From NCBI GenBank assembly GCA_950097015.1, contig CATNEN010000001.1:3348001-3412000 (forward strand): a stretch of DNA of 64,000 bases, given 5' to 3'. A program made the translations under genes and the position numbers. Of the stretch, positions 1 through 11,139 are shown in pieces (the first letter of the stretch is position 1; every line of letters begins with the position of its first letter). Origin of the DNA: Macrostomum hystrix (lineage: Eukaryota; Animalia; Platyhelminthes). The notes beneath the pieces were generated by a model. It saw only the letters and a program-made list of their open reading frames with translations. It did not search any database and had not been told where the DNA came from.

Positions 1-3000
1 CGAGGGTCAGTGGGAGGTGGTGAAGTTTCTGGTGCCGACAATCGCTGACCAAAAAGTGAGAGTTCAGTGCTGCAGCGAGGCTGCAAAATCTGCTGCATAC
101 AAGGGTCAGTGGGAGGTGGTGAAATTTCTGGTGCAGACAGTCGATGACCAAAAAGTGAGAGATCAGTGCTGCAGCGAGGCTGCGGAATCTGCTGCAATCG
201 AGGGTCAGTGGGAGGTGGTGAAGTTTCTGGTGCCGACAATCGCTGACCAAAAAGTGAGAGTTCAGTGCTGCAGCGAGGCTGCAAAATCTGCTGCATACAA
301 GGGTCAGTGGGAGGTGGTGAAATTTCTGGTGCAGACAGTCGATGACCAAAAAGTGAGAGATCAGTGCTGCAGCGAGGCTGCGGAATCTGCTGCAATCGAG
401 GGTCAGTGGGAGGTGGTGAAGTTTCTGGTGCCGACAATCGCTGACCAAAAAGTGAGAGATCAGTGCTGCAGCGAGGCTGCGAAATCTGCTGCATACAAGG
501 GTCAGTTGGAGGTGGTGAAGTTTCTGGTGCCGACAATCGCTGACCAAAAAGTGAGAGTTCAGTGCTGCAGCGAGGCTGCGAAATCTGCTGCATACAAGGG
601 TCAGTTGGAGGTGGTGAAGTTTCTGGTGCCGACAGTCGCTGACCAAAAAGTGAGAGATCAGTGCTGCAGCAAGGCTGCGAAATCTGCTGCAAGATCGGGT
701 CAGTTGGAGGTGGTGAAGTTTCTGGTGCCGACAGTCGCTGACCTAAAAGTGAGAGATCAGTGCTGCAGCGAGGCTGCGAAATCTTCTGCATACAAGGGTC
801 AGTTGGAGGTGGTGAAGTTTCTGGTGCCGACAATCTCTGACCAAAAAGTGAGAGATCAGTGCTGCAGCGAGGCTGCAAAATCTGCTGCATACAAGGGTCA
901 GTTGGAGGTGGTGAAGTTTCTGTTGCCGACAGTCGGTGACCAAACTTCGAAACTGAATGTTTGTCGTGACTGCGCAGTCGCGGCCTGCTCTAGTCTGCAT
1001 GAAGATGTCGTTGCTATCCTCGATCTTCAGCCCGAGTGGCTCTTCCAATTCAGTCAAGTGCTCAGCTTCACCGCCTCGATGGCCATTGAGGGCAGGAACT
1101 CGATTCTCACCCAGACTCTGTCTCGAATGCAGCCAGCCCAGATCACGCAGTTGCTCAGTGCTTCAATCTCCCATGGCCATGTCGCACTGGCTCTCACCCT
1201 CATCAATGAGGAGCGACTCAGCAGAGAACACGTCGATCAGCCAGACGACAGCTCAGGAGCCACTGCTCTCATGCTGGCAGCTGATGCAGGTCATCACGAG
1301 CTCATTGAGAGGCTGGTGGATCTCGGTGCGTCAGTGCTAGCTGAAGACAGTCAGGGTCGGACAGCTCTGTCGCGAGCTTGTGAAGCGGGTCACGTGCGAG
1401 CAGCCAAGACTCTGATGGACAGAGGAGCGGATCTGAGTCATCGAGACGGCCGGGGTCGGACTTGTGCGCAGCTGGCGGAGCAGCGCGGACATCAGCAGGT
1501 GCTGCGACTGTTGGGGATCCCGCGATCGAGGTGAGGCAGTCACGCTATGTTAATTTCCTTCAGTATGCAATCTTCAGGAACTGATCCTGCGTGTTAGTTT
1601 GCTTCTACTTGAATTTTCAGATCAAAACTGAGCTGCAAACTGGCTTTGACCGCAGTATTGCCTGAACTGACTCATTGGACCAAAATTTTCCTATCCACGC
1701 ATTTGCATCCCGTTTCTGCTTTTTCCCTCCCCCTCCATACTTTGTCCCAAGGACTACAAATGCAAGGGCCAAGGATGTAACTCTCGATGCATAGAATGTT
1801 TTAATTGCAATTTAATGAGGATGTGGATTTTACTTATGTCAGCATTTTAACTGAATCCCCATTGTGAGCTATGTGAAACAGCTGAAATACAAAGTGATTT
1901 ATAGCAGTTGCTTTATTGTATTAATGATTATTCCGGGAACACTTTCATGCTCTGGTCAAAAGGATATCGGTGTAAATCGGATCTACTTCCTCCTGAACTT
2001 TTCAGCGAACCGAATGCCAAGGAGGCAGCCGGACTCTGCTCCGACTCAAGTCTCACTTGGTGAGTTGCTGATTCTGCTGATCAGCTTGAGATGCCAGTCT
2101 GTGCAGGTGTATAATCCATCAGCTGACTGAGTTCCCCATCATTCCAGGCTCAGAGACGACTCACAGCGGGACAGGCAGCTCAGCGAGGAACTGCACCTAC
2201 TGCTCAGCGAGGCGGGATTCACTGAGGAGAGAGCAATGTGTCAGCAGACAATGGCTGACTGGCTGGTAGGAATCGCTCGAGACCTCACTCAGAACTCGCA
2301 GATGCAGATGACAGGCAGCTACGCAGAAGGCTGGGCCAACAGTCTAGTGCAAGTGAACGGCAGGACAGCGGCTGACTCAGACATTGACTGGACTGTGCTG
2401 GTTCAAGGGCAGCTGCTGCATCTGGAGGGCGGCTGCGATGAAACGAATAATTGGAATGAATGCGAAGTTGCCACGAAGCAGCGGGTCACGGAGGGTCACG
2501 CGCAGGTGGCAGTGGGGTCAGGTGAGTGACATCTGCCATGACATGTGCTTCACGGGTTTAGAGGTTTACGAGTAGTTTGGTGTCAATCCAGGAAAGTTTT
2601 ATGGTTAAAAATAGAGTCCCGAACTTGACGTTTGTCACAAAAATGCTGGGTTTCACCACCCACTGCAGGCAGCCAACCTGCCGTCTCAGCCAAGGCATGC
2701 GGTGTGCGGCCTGCTCAGGACACGTGCCATGCGATCCAGTGCTGCAGCTCATTCTGTGAGCACAGAGTTAGGAAGATGCGAATTAATAACGACAAGGCTC
2801 ACCTCGTGAGGGCAACCAGACCGAATGAGACCAATGAGCTCAGAGTGAGCTTCAGCTTCCAAGAGAAAGAGGCCATGAGACAGCTGAGTACAGTCCAGGG
2901 ACAGCTGTTCTCAATCATCAAGTTCATCTTCAAGAGACATTTGCCACTCACTCTGGACACACCTGGACTCAAGACCTACCATGCAAAGACTCTGCTCTTC

Positions 3001-4263
3001 TTCATGCTGGAGAAGCATGGCACAGACCCGAATGCTGAAGCTTGGCAGCCTCAGAATCTGTTCTCACTGCTGAAGGAGTCTCTCGACATGATGCTGAGCT
3101 TCATCGACTCAAGCAGCTCACCCGATGAGTGCATGCCGCACTTCTTCATGTCCGACGCTCCGCTCTACTTCAAGAACGCTGGAATCGGCGGCGACTTCGA
3201 CAACACGAAGGCGAGGGTTCGAGACCGACTGAGAGAGCTGAGAAGCGACATCGGCGGAGTGGTTGAGCAGATGAGCAGTTTCGTGAGACCTTTACAGTCA
3301 GAGAATTTCTACTTTCACCCGTTCACTCTGCTGCCACTGACAGCGCCGCCTGCTGTCACTCAGATTAGGAATGTCACTTATGATTACGATTATGATTATG
3401 ATTCTGATTATGATTATGAGACGTCAGCAGAAGTGTACAGTGTGGTTCACCATTGTGTTCTTGAGCTGCAGTCAGAGTCTGCAGACAGAGACACCCTGAT
3501 GAGGCAGCTCAGTCTCCTGCATCAGCTGTGGTGGTGCGAGTGCGCTGCCCTGTGCATGACCGCCATGGCGCATTTGAAGTTCGGGGACACCAAGGAGGCT
3601 GAGAGACTCGCGATGAAGCTCCAGTGTCACGGAGTTCAGAGCGGAATGAGGCCTAGTGATCTCGAAGATGAACTGCTACCATCATACTCGGACTGGGCGT
3701 GGAGGTTCTGCCTCCCCGCAGACACTCCGCCTCGATTCCCATTCCTTCCCGAGTTCACGCAGACTCTGCTCACAGCCAGACTGTCTCAGCCTCGCTCTGA
3801 GCACCTTTACGTGAACTTCCGCTGCCTGAGCTGGAGTCTCCAAGCTGAGCTGCTCCGCAATCGCACAGCAATCGACTTCGATGCGTGGCTCTCAGAGCTG
3901 CAAGAGGACCCGGACTTGGAGGAGCTGCTCACTCTGGCTCACTACAGCGACCGAGTTGAGCACGTGGAGTTCAGCCTGAGACAGATGGAGACCGTCAGGG
4001 ACGAGAGACGCGTCGCCATGGAGACGCAGGATGAGGAGAAGATCCGCTGGGTCAGGGAGAAGCTGCGGCGAATTTCCACTCGCAGCGGCAGCCACTCGAG
4101 TTTGGAGGATGAGGAGCGGAGGCTGTGGGTGAGAGCGCGGCTGCAGCTGGTCAATGCTGAGCTCGGTCGGCTAGTTGCCATGGAAACGGTGGCGCAGCAG
4201 AGACGGCTGGATCCACGCGAAGCTGCAGCGGTTCGCGAAGTCTCTGCCGAAGTCACTGAATGA
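1..4263 (+). CDS. Ankyrin-repeat / cGAS-Mab-21-like nucleotidyltransferase (cGLR), copy 1; 5' end outside window; exons <1-1530, 2006-2059, 2148-2521, 2669-4263
   Basis: GT-AG sites at 1531/2005, 2060/2147 and 2522/2668 join ORFs 17-1534, 2236-2529 and 2632-4263 in frame. It has >=9 33-aa repeats plus canonical ANK repeats ([22 protein letters not shown]), the NTase motif TGSYAEG...DSDID, a putative third Asp in QDTCHAI, and Mab-21 motifs [29 protein letters not shown]. Confidence 0.85.
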
Positions 4264-4824
4264 TCAGCGACGCATCACCATGGAGACGGAGAGCGAGTCC
4301 GTCAGCCCGGAGCTCAAGGTCGCTGGACTGTGATTTGAAGGCTTGGAGCTGAGGAACAATGACATGCACCATGATTTGCGTCTTTAGATTTTGTGCTTCT
4401 GGTAGAGTTACGAGTATTGTTGCCTCTCTATTTATTTCATGCATACAAAATTTATCATTTAACTTTGGACTAGTGGGTTACTGACAGTTTGCGCAAATTA
4501 ATGTTGGTTGAAAAATGTCTTTTATTTTGTAATGGATTTGTGTTTTAATGTTTTTTTTATTTCAATTTTTTTCCATTGAATCTTGAGTTCTCCAGACAGC
4601 TTTGAGCATGTTTTTTTTCAACAGCTTTTTATTGCTCAATGATATTCAGTTCTCATTTGTTGTTTCTGAGCATTGCTAATTAATTGGTGTCTGGAGTAAT
4701 AGATGCTCCCTCACATCATAGACAGTGCTGAGATTTGTACTTTTACAGCTGGACTGCTCATACTCGTAAATCTGTCAGTTTGCCCAGCCACACAACTCCA
4801 GCTGGTCTCGTCAGTCTTTTGAAG

Positions 4825-4928
4825 TCAGCCCACCCTGATCAGTTCTCAGAGCCTGAGCTGTCAGCCCACCCTGATCAGTTCTCAGAGCCTGAGCTGTCAG
4901 CCCACCCTGATCAGTTCTCAGAGCCTGA
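4825..4928. repeat. 36-bp VNTR, ~3 copies
   Basis: Unit tcagcccaccctgatcagttctcagagcctgagctg; same unit expanded at 35732-36410. Confidence 0.9.
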
Positions 4929-5639
4929 CCTGGGAGAGGCCATTGTAGGTCAGCGGCTGTGGTGAAAAGTAACGGAATTTAGCAAGCATTTTAGCGGAAG
5001 TTTACGAAATCTCGCAGAGGTTAGCGCAAGTTGAGTACGAGAACAACTTAGGCTGTTTTTATAAAGTAAATCAAAATTTGCTTGAATTTTTGTTCCAATT
5101 TTTTCTTTTCTTTTTTACATTCTAAAAATTGGGTCAGTGCTGTGGTGTGGTGAGATTTAAAATTTTGAATTTTCTTTGGTCATGTGTGTTTTTTTTCAAT
5201 GGTGTAGAATATAAAAAATATATATACCTTACTATTATATTATGTCGACTATTAAAGTAAACACAATAGCCCAGGCGACAATTGTTGGCATGCCTGCTCG
5301 AATTCAATTTTATTTGACATCTATTTAATTACAAATTTACGTTAAATAAAATTGCACAAACCAAACATAGGTTCAATGATTCTAGTGCAAGCAAAAGTGT
5401 TTAAGTAATGAGTAAACAAAGCTGCATTCACAAGCTCCACAGCTGCATCGTGAGCTTCAACCAGGACATCTCATGCTGTTGCCAACAGCTTTCAGGAGCA
5501 CCAACTCGCTGATGTTGATGCTGTTGTTGTTGTGGGTGATGCAACTAAAGCTACAGAATACAAAATACTCCAACAGGACGTGCTGCGTCGTATCGTCCTC
5601 CAACTCGCAAAACCTTGCCGACAATGAGCTGGCAGGCTT

Positions 5640-6040
5640 ACTGACAAGTCTTGCTGACAGTCTTGCTGACAGTCTTGCTGGCAGTCTTGCTGACAAGTCT
5701 TGCTGACAGTCTTGCTGACAGTCTTGCTGACAGTCTTGCTGACAGTCTTGCTGACAAGTCTTGCTGACAGTCTTGCTGACAGTCTTGCTGACAGTCTTGC
5801 TGACAGTCTTGATGACAGTCTTGATGACAGTCTTGATGACAGTCTTGATGACAGTCTTGATGACAGTCTTGATGACAGTCTTGATGACAGTCTTGCTGGC
5901 AGTCTTAATAGCAGTCTTGCTGACAGTCTTGCTGACAGTCTTGCTGGCAGTCTCGCTGGCAGTCTCGCTGGCAGTCTTGCTGGCAGTCTCGCTGGCAGTC
6001 TCGCTGGCAGTCTTGCTGGCAGTCTCGCTGGCAGTCTCGC
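5640..6040. repeat. 12-bp tandem repeat (gacagtcttgct and variants)
   Basis: Direct inspection; paralogous array at ~37125-37535. Confidence 0.9.
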
Positions 6041-7012
6041 GTCAGTGGCTGTGTGGCGCCTTGCCTCTACCTCAGCTGTCTCAGCTCTCTCTTAGCTCAC
6101 TTAGCGAACTTTGCTAGCGCTCACCTTCAATCTAACCGAGAATTATCTCTTCACTTCATGCTCCAACACCTGATTTCGTGACTAATTGCCGCGCGGTCTC
6201 TTCCTAGTTGCCTCAGCGCCTTCAAGCACACCTTGCTACACTGCACGTCTATCGACGATTCTGCCTCCTACTGCGGGTCGTCCAGTCTCTCGAAGGCCAA
6301 GTCAACCCGGATCCAGGTGATCAGCCCTCCCACAGTCAAACAGCATGTTGTTTGTGCCTACAGCGGTCTTAACTGCTCAGCCAGGTACACACACCTCCTC
6401 CATTGTGAGTCTAGTGTCTCGCAACAGCAGCACATCCACTCGATAAAATCCTTTACAGTTCACAGTTGCACTGAAGTACCGTGAGACCCTGTTTGCACTG
6501 CCCGCTGCCCGATCTCGCGCTTCTAAATCAGCACCCGCTGCGCCTCAACAGAAACACCTTAAATTAAAAAACAGATAAACAAATATTCACTAAGTCAGCA
6601 ATCCATTTAAACAGAACAGATAGGAATTAACACACAAGAAACAGAATGGGTCAGAAAGTGTATTTGATAATTGAGGCAAAGATAAACAAAAGAAAACAGT
6701 ATTTAAATTGTGTCATTTAGTTGGACAGATGAAACACAAGGCACACAATAATCATTGCCAGATAAGAGCAAATACTAATATTGTAGAATAAGAATTTGAC
6801 AATTTCGCATTCCATTCAAGTGCATTGGTTCGATGCCTATGTAATTTATGAATATTATAATTGACATGTGCCTTCTAGGGTGAAATGCCACCTGCTGCTA
6901 ACAAGTAGTTTTAACGGACATGAAATACAGAATGGAATCGTTTTTTTGCTGCTACTAAAAGAAAGTGAGAAACTGGTCAAAGCAAATAGTCAAGATATTG
7001 CGTTGTAGTACA

Positions 7013-7543
7013 TCAACTACGCCAGAACATAACAGACATTAGCATCCTCTTCAATCGGCCCTTCAAAGTGTGATCATCTGTCACAGTCTGAGGATTAGGA
7101 TTAGTAACAGAAGCTAGTTTACATGCGACATTGTGCATAAACCCTGATCCAACAGCCAATACAGTGCATACTAGACACAGGACATTGTATGGCATGCTGA
7201 AGTCTGGCTTTGGAACATTCACTAGCAATGCTTCAGTGTACAGTCGAACAAATGTTGGTTCAGTTGTGACATTCTGTGACAAGCTGTCAGTCAACAATTG
7301 ACCAACTGACAGTGCAGATTGTGACAGAACAGGTAGGCGTAGAGTCACGTCTGTCGGTGTGTTGAACGACAGCACAGTCGGTGGAAGGTACAGGCCGTGA
7401 TTTGCATCCGGCGGAAATTCATTCCAACGAACTAGCTGCTTGGCGAATCGATAACTGATGCGCAGTGTGGCTCTTGGTGGAACACTGACTAACAGTTCGA
7501 GCTTAGCTGGTCTGTGACGATCAACACTTTGCTGATAGTGCAC
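7013..7543 (-). pseudogene. PIGT: Orphan duplicate of the last exon of PIG-T
   Basis: Near-identical to 38507-39037 (PKPDFSMPYNV). Homology ends near 7600 and no upstream PIG-T exons are seen nearby. Confidence 0.8.
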
Positions 7544-7889
7544 CTGGACAATTGGCGTTGATAGGAATTTTGTAGTTCAGCAGCTGATTGCAACCAGACC
7601 ATTAACTACTGCTAATTCGGATCAATTGCTTTGAACTGCTCCGCTAGGCTTGCATGTTACCCTCGTATTTATAATGGGGATAATCTTAGAGCAATGGGAT
7701 ATAAAGCAACAAGTGCGATTCGCTCATACAATGGAGTGTATTGAATCCTTAACTCAACAACTTTTGAGTTTATTTGATTATTCGTGACAGCTTCGTTAGA
7801 CTCTGTCTAACCTGGTGAAGACCCAATCAACCTGGACTTGAAAATTGATCCAAGCAGTTGCACAGGACGCATTCGCTAAATGGTGACGG

Positions 7890-10387
7890 GCCATCAAAAT
7901 TGTCGGCCAGACCGACATTGTCGATGTCGAGAATTGTCGGCTGCCGGCCGGTTGCCGCTTATCAGCCAACTGTCGAGAGCCAGCCTCGGTGGCCAGCCGT
8001 GGAGGACCTGGTATGGGCTGAGGCCGGTGGTGCTGTGCACGGAGGTATTGTAGGCCCAGGTCACATACGGCAGCTTGCTGTCCCAGTCCTGCTGGTTCTC
8101 GGCCACTGTCGTCGCCAGCATGTCGCCGAGCGTCCGGTTGCCTCGCTCGACGATTCCGTTTCCGCTCGGATGAAGCGGCGACGTGCGCGTCTTCTCGACG
8201 CCCAGCTGCTCGCAGAGCCGGCCGAACACCTCGCTCTCGAATTGACGCCCCTGGTCACTGTGCAGCACCTGAGGAGCGCCGTGACGCAGAACTACCGACT
8301 TGAGCAGGGCATCTGCCACCGTCACCGCGTCGATCCCCGCCAGGGCTGCCGTCTCCATCCACTTGGAGAAGGCGTCGCACATGCTCAGGATGTACGCCTT
8401 GCCATCAGTCGTACGCAGAAGCGGCCCTTTGATGTCGATCTGCACCAGCTGCCACGGAGCCGTCGGCTGGCACGTCGAATGCAGCGGCGCTTTCTGCGGC
8501 TTGGTTGGACTCTTCTTGGCCAGGCAGACCGCGCAGCTGGCCAACCAGTTCTCGACATCCCGTCGCAGACCAGGCCACCAGCAGCGCTCAGACAGCCTCG
8601 CTCCGGTCCTGTCGACGCCGAGGTGTCCGCTCTAGTCGCACGAGTGCGCCTGCTGCAGGAAATGTGGCCGCAGGTGACTGGGAATGACTGGCCGCCAGCC
8701 ACCCACAAGCAGGACACCCGCCGAGCTCAGCGAGGCCACGTCCAGCAGCTCGCGAATCTGCGCCGCCCATGAATCGAACAGGCTGTCGACCCCTTCCGTC
8801 TGCGCCTGGAACGCCTTGCTCAGCAGCGGGTCTTGCCGTTGCTCCTCGTGTAGGCTGCTGTCGTGCCACCGAGGCTGCAGGCGCGTGCCGGCCACCCGCG
8901 GCTCAGCGCATCCGGCACGACGTTGTCCCTGCCAGGCCGGTACAGCAGCTCGAACAAAAACTGCTGCAGCGTCGAAAGCCATCGCGCCAGCCGACCTTCG
9001 GGGTCCTTCGTTGTCAGCAGACCATGCAGTGGCCGGTGGTCCGAGTAGACTCTGAAGTTCGGGACACTCAGCAGGTACGTCCTGAAGTGCTTCAAACTCC
9101 AGACCAGCGCCAGCAGCTCACGGTCGGTCGCCGAGGCCAAGTTGCGCTTGGCCTTGTTGAGGGTGCGCGAGGCGAACGCCACAGGCAGCTCGGCGTCTCC
9201 ATGCAGCTGGCTGAGCACCGCGCCGACGGCGAACTGACTGCTGTCGCAGCTGAGCACGAACTGCTTGGTGAAATCCGGCAGCCTCAGCACCGGAGCCGTC
9301 GTCAGCTGATCTTTCAACTCGCAGAACGCTCGCTCGCAGTCGCTGCTCCACTCGAAGTCCCTCGATTTCACGCTGACGTCATGCAGGACCCTCGCCGTCT
9401 GGCTGAAGCCTGGGATGAACAGGCGGTGGAACCCCAACATTCCGAGGAACCGCTTCACCTCCTCGGTCGTCGTTGGGCTGGGCATGCTGCGAATGGCCTC
9501 GACCTTGCCGGGATCCGGTGCGATGCCCTGCTCGCTGATCAGGTGTCCCAGGTACAGCACCCAGAGATGGCCGAACGCGCTCTTGGCCTTGTGCAGCTTG
9601 AGTCCCGCGTCTCACAACCGCTTGAAAACTTCCGCCAGCCTCTCCAAGTGCTCGTCGAACGTCCTGCTGAAGACAATGATGTCGTCGATGTAAGTCAGCA
9701 CGGACTCCCAGGACAGGCCGGACATCACAAGCTCCATGAGCCGCTGGAACGTCGCCGGGGCGTTGCACATACCGAAGCCCATCTTGCAGAATTGCATCAG
9801 GCCGCGCGTCGAAAAGAAGGCCGTCTTGTACCGGTCTTCCTCCGCCACCTCCACCTGGTGGTAGCCCTGCCGGCAGTCGATGGTAGAGAACCAGGAGCAC
9901 CCGACAAGCGCATCCATGGCCTGCTGCAGGTGCGGTAGCGGGTACGCGCCCTGACGGTGCAGGCGTTGAGCTGCCGCCAGTCCGTGCACAGTCTGATGTC
10001 GCCGTTTTTCTTGCGGACTACCAGCAGGTTGCTGGTCCATGGCGATGTCGACGGCTCGATGATGCCGCTGTCCAGCATCTGGCCGATCTTCTTGTCCACC
10101 TGGCCTCGCACAGACAGTGGCAGCCTGCGCTGGACCTGCCGGTGTGGCCGCGCTCCAGCAGCTGTCGCAGCCTCGCAGCATCCAGTTCGGGCAGCTCCGC
10201 GTTGATGTTCCAACCGACGGGAGTCTCCTGGGCCGCCTCCTGGCGACCGTCCCCATCTGTCATCGCGCCTTCGAACGTGCCGACCGCCTTGTTGGCGTAC
10301 AGCAGCACGGGCTCCTCTGCCAGGTTGCACATTTTCACCGGGATGCGGCAGCCGTCTGAGACCGTTGGCGGAGAGCGGGAGTTCCTC
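7890..10387 (-). mobile_element. Decayed Ty3/Gypsy LTR-retrotransposon pol (RT-RNaseH-integrase); no LTR recognised
   Basis: RT motifs IIEPSTSPW, YPLP, GYHQV, YIDDIIVFS; RNase H CDSSQFAVGAVL, ELLALVWSL, SDHRPL; integrase HHCC, IDIKGP, SDQGRQFES, ERGNRT. Order is RT-RH-IN, with frameshifts and in-frame stops (~9612, ~8632). Confidence 0.92.
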
Positions 10388-10563
10388 AGCTCAACGTGAA
10401 GGAGGCGCCACAGAACAGGTTGCAGAGGTGGCCAAGGAACCTGTCATTTTTCACCGCTTCATGCAGTAAGGCGGGGTAAATGTTGTCAGGTCCAGGCGAC
10501 TTGAAAGGCAAGAAGGAATTGGCAGCCCGAGCTGTCCGTTTTATAGTGATAACGGTGGCAGCT
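10388..10563 (-). mobile_element. Non-LTR retrotransposon (R1/LOA-like) RT N-terminal fragment
   Basis: Translation SFLPFKSPGPDNIYPALL resembles the K(S/A)PGPDG motif that precedes LINE RT domains. Confidence 0.6.
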
Positions 10564-11139
10564 AGATTAGATCTACTCATTCCACTGTTAGATCTACTCA
10601 TTTCATTGTTAGATCTACTCATTCCAATGTCAGATCTACTCATTCCACTGTTGGATCAACTCATTCCACTGTTGGATCTACTCATTCCACTGTTGGATCT
10701 ACTCATTCCACTGTTGGATCAACTCATTCCACTGTTGGATCTACTCATTCCACTGTTAGATCTACTCATTCCACTGTTGGATCTACTCATTCCACTGTTA
10801 GATCTACTCATTCCACTGTTAGATCTACTCATTCCACTGTTAGATCTACTCATTCCACTGTTAGATCTACTCTTTCCACTGTTAGATCTACTCATTCCAC
10901 TGTTAGATCTACTCATTCCACTGTTAGCTCTACTCATTCCACTGTTATATCTACTCATTCCACTGTTAGATCTACTCATTCCACTGTTAGCTCTACTCAT
11001 TCCACTGTTAGATCTACTCATTACACTGTTAGATCTACACATCCTACTGTTAGATCTACTCATTCCACTGTTAGATCTACTCATTCCACTGTTAGCTCTA
11101 CTCATTCCACTGTTAGATCTACTCATTCCACTGTTAGAT

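Noticed and set aside
17-910. TAL-effector homology of the 33-aa repeats
   Set aside because: No LTPxQVVAIAS-type consensus. The AAxxG..EVVKFLV pattern is ankyrin-like; only the variable di-residue logic is analogous.
2148-4263. Bacterial CBASS CD-NTase operon
   Set aside because: Spliceosomal introns, a Mab-21 C-terminal domain, and no adjacent effector or cap genes.
7858-9938. Plus-strand 304-aa and 389-aa ORFs
   Set aside because: Antisense shadows of the GC-rich Gypsy pol; likewise 11762-12658 opposite the YR and 15943-17160 opposite the ANK array.
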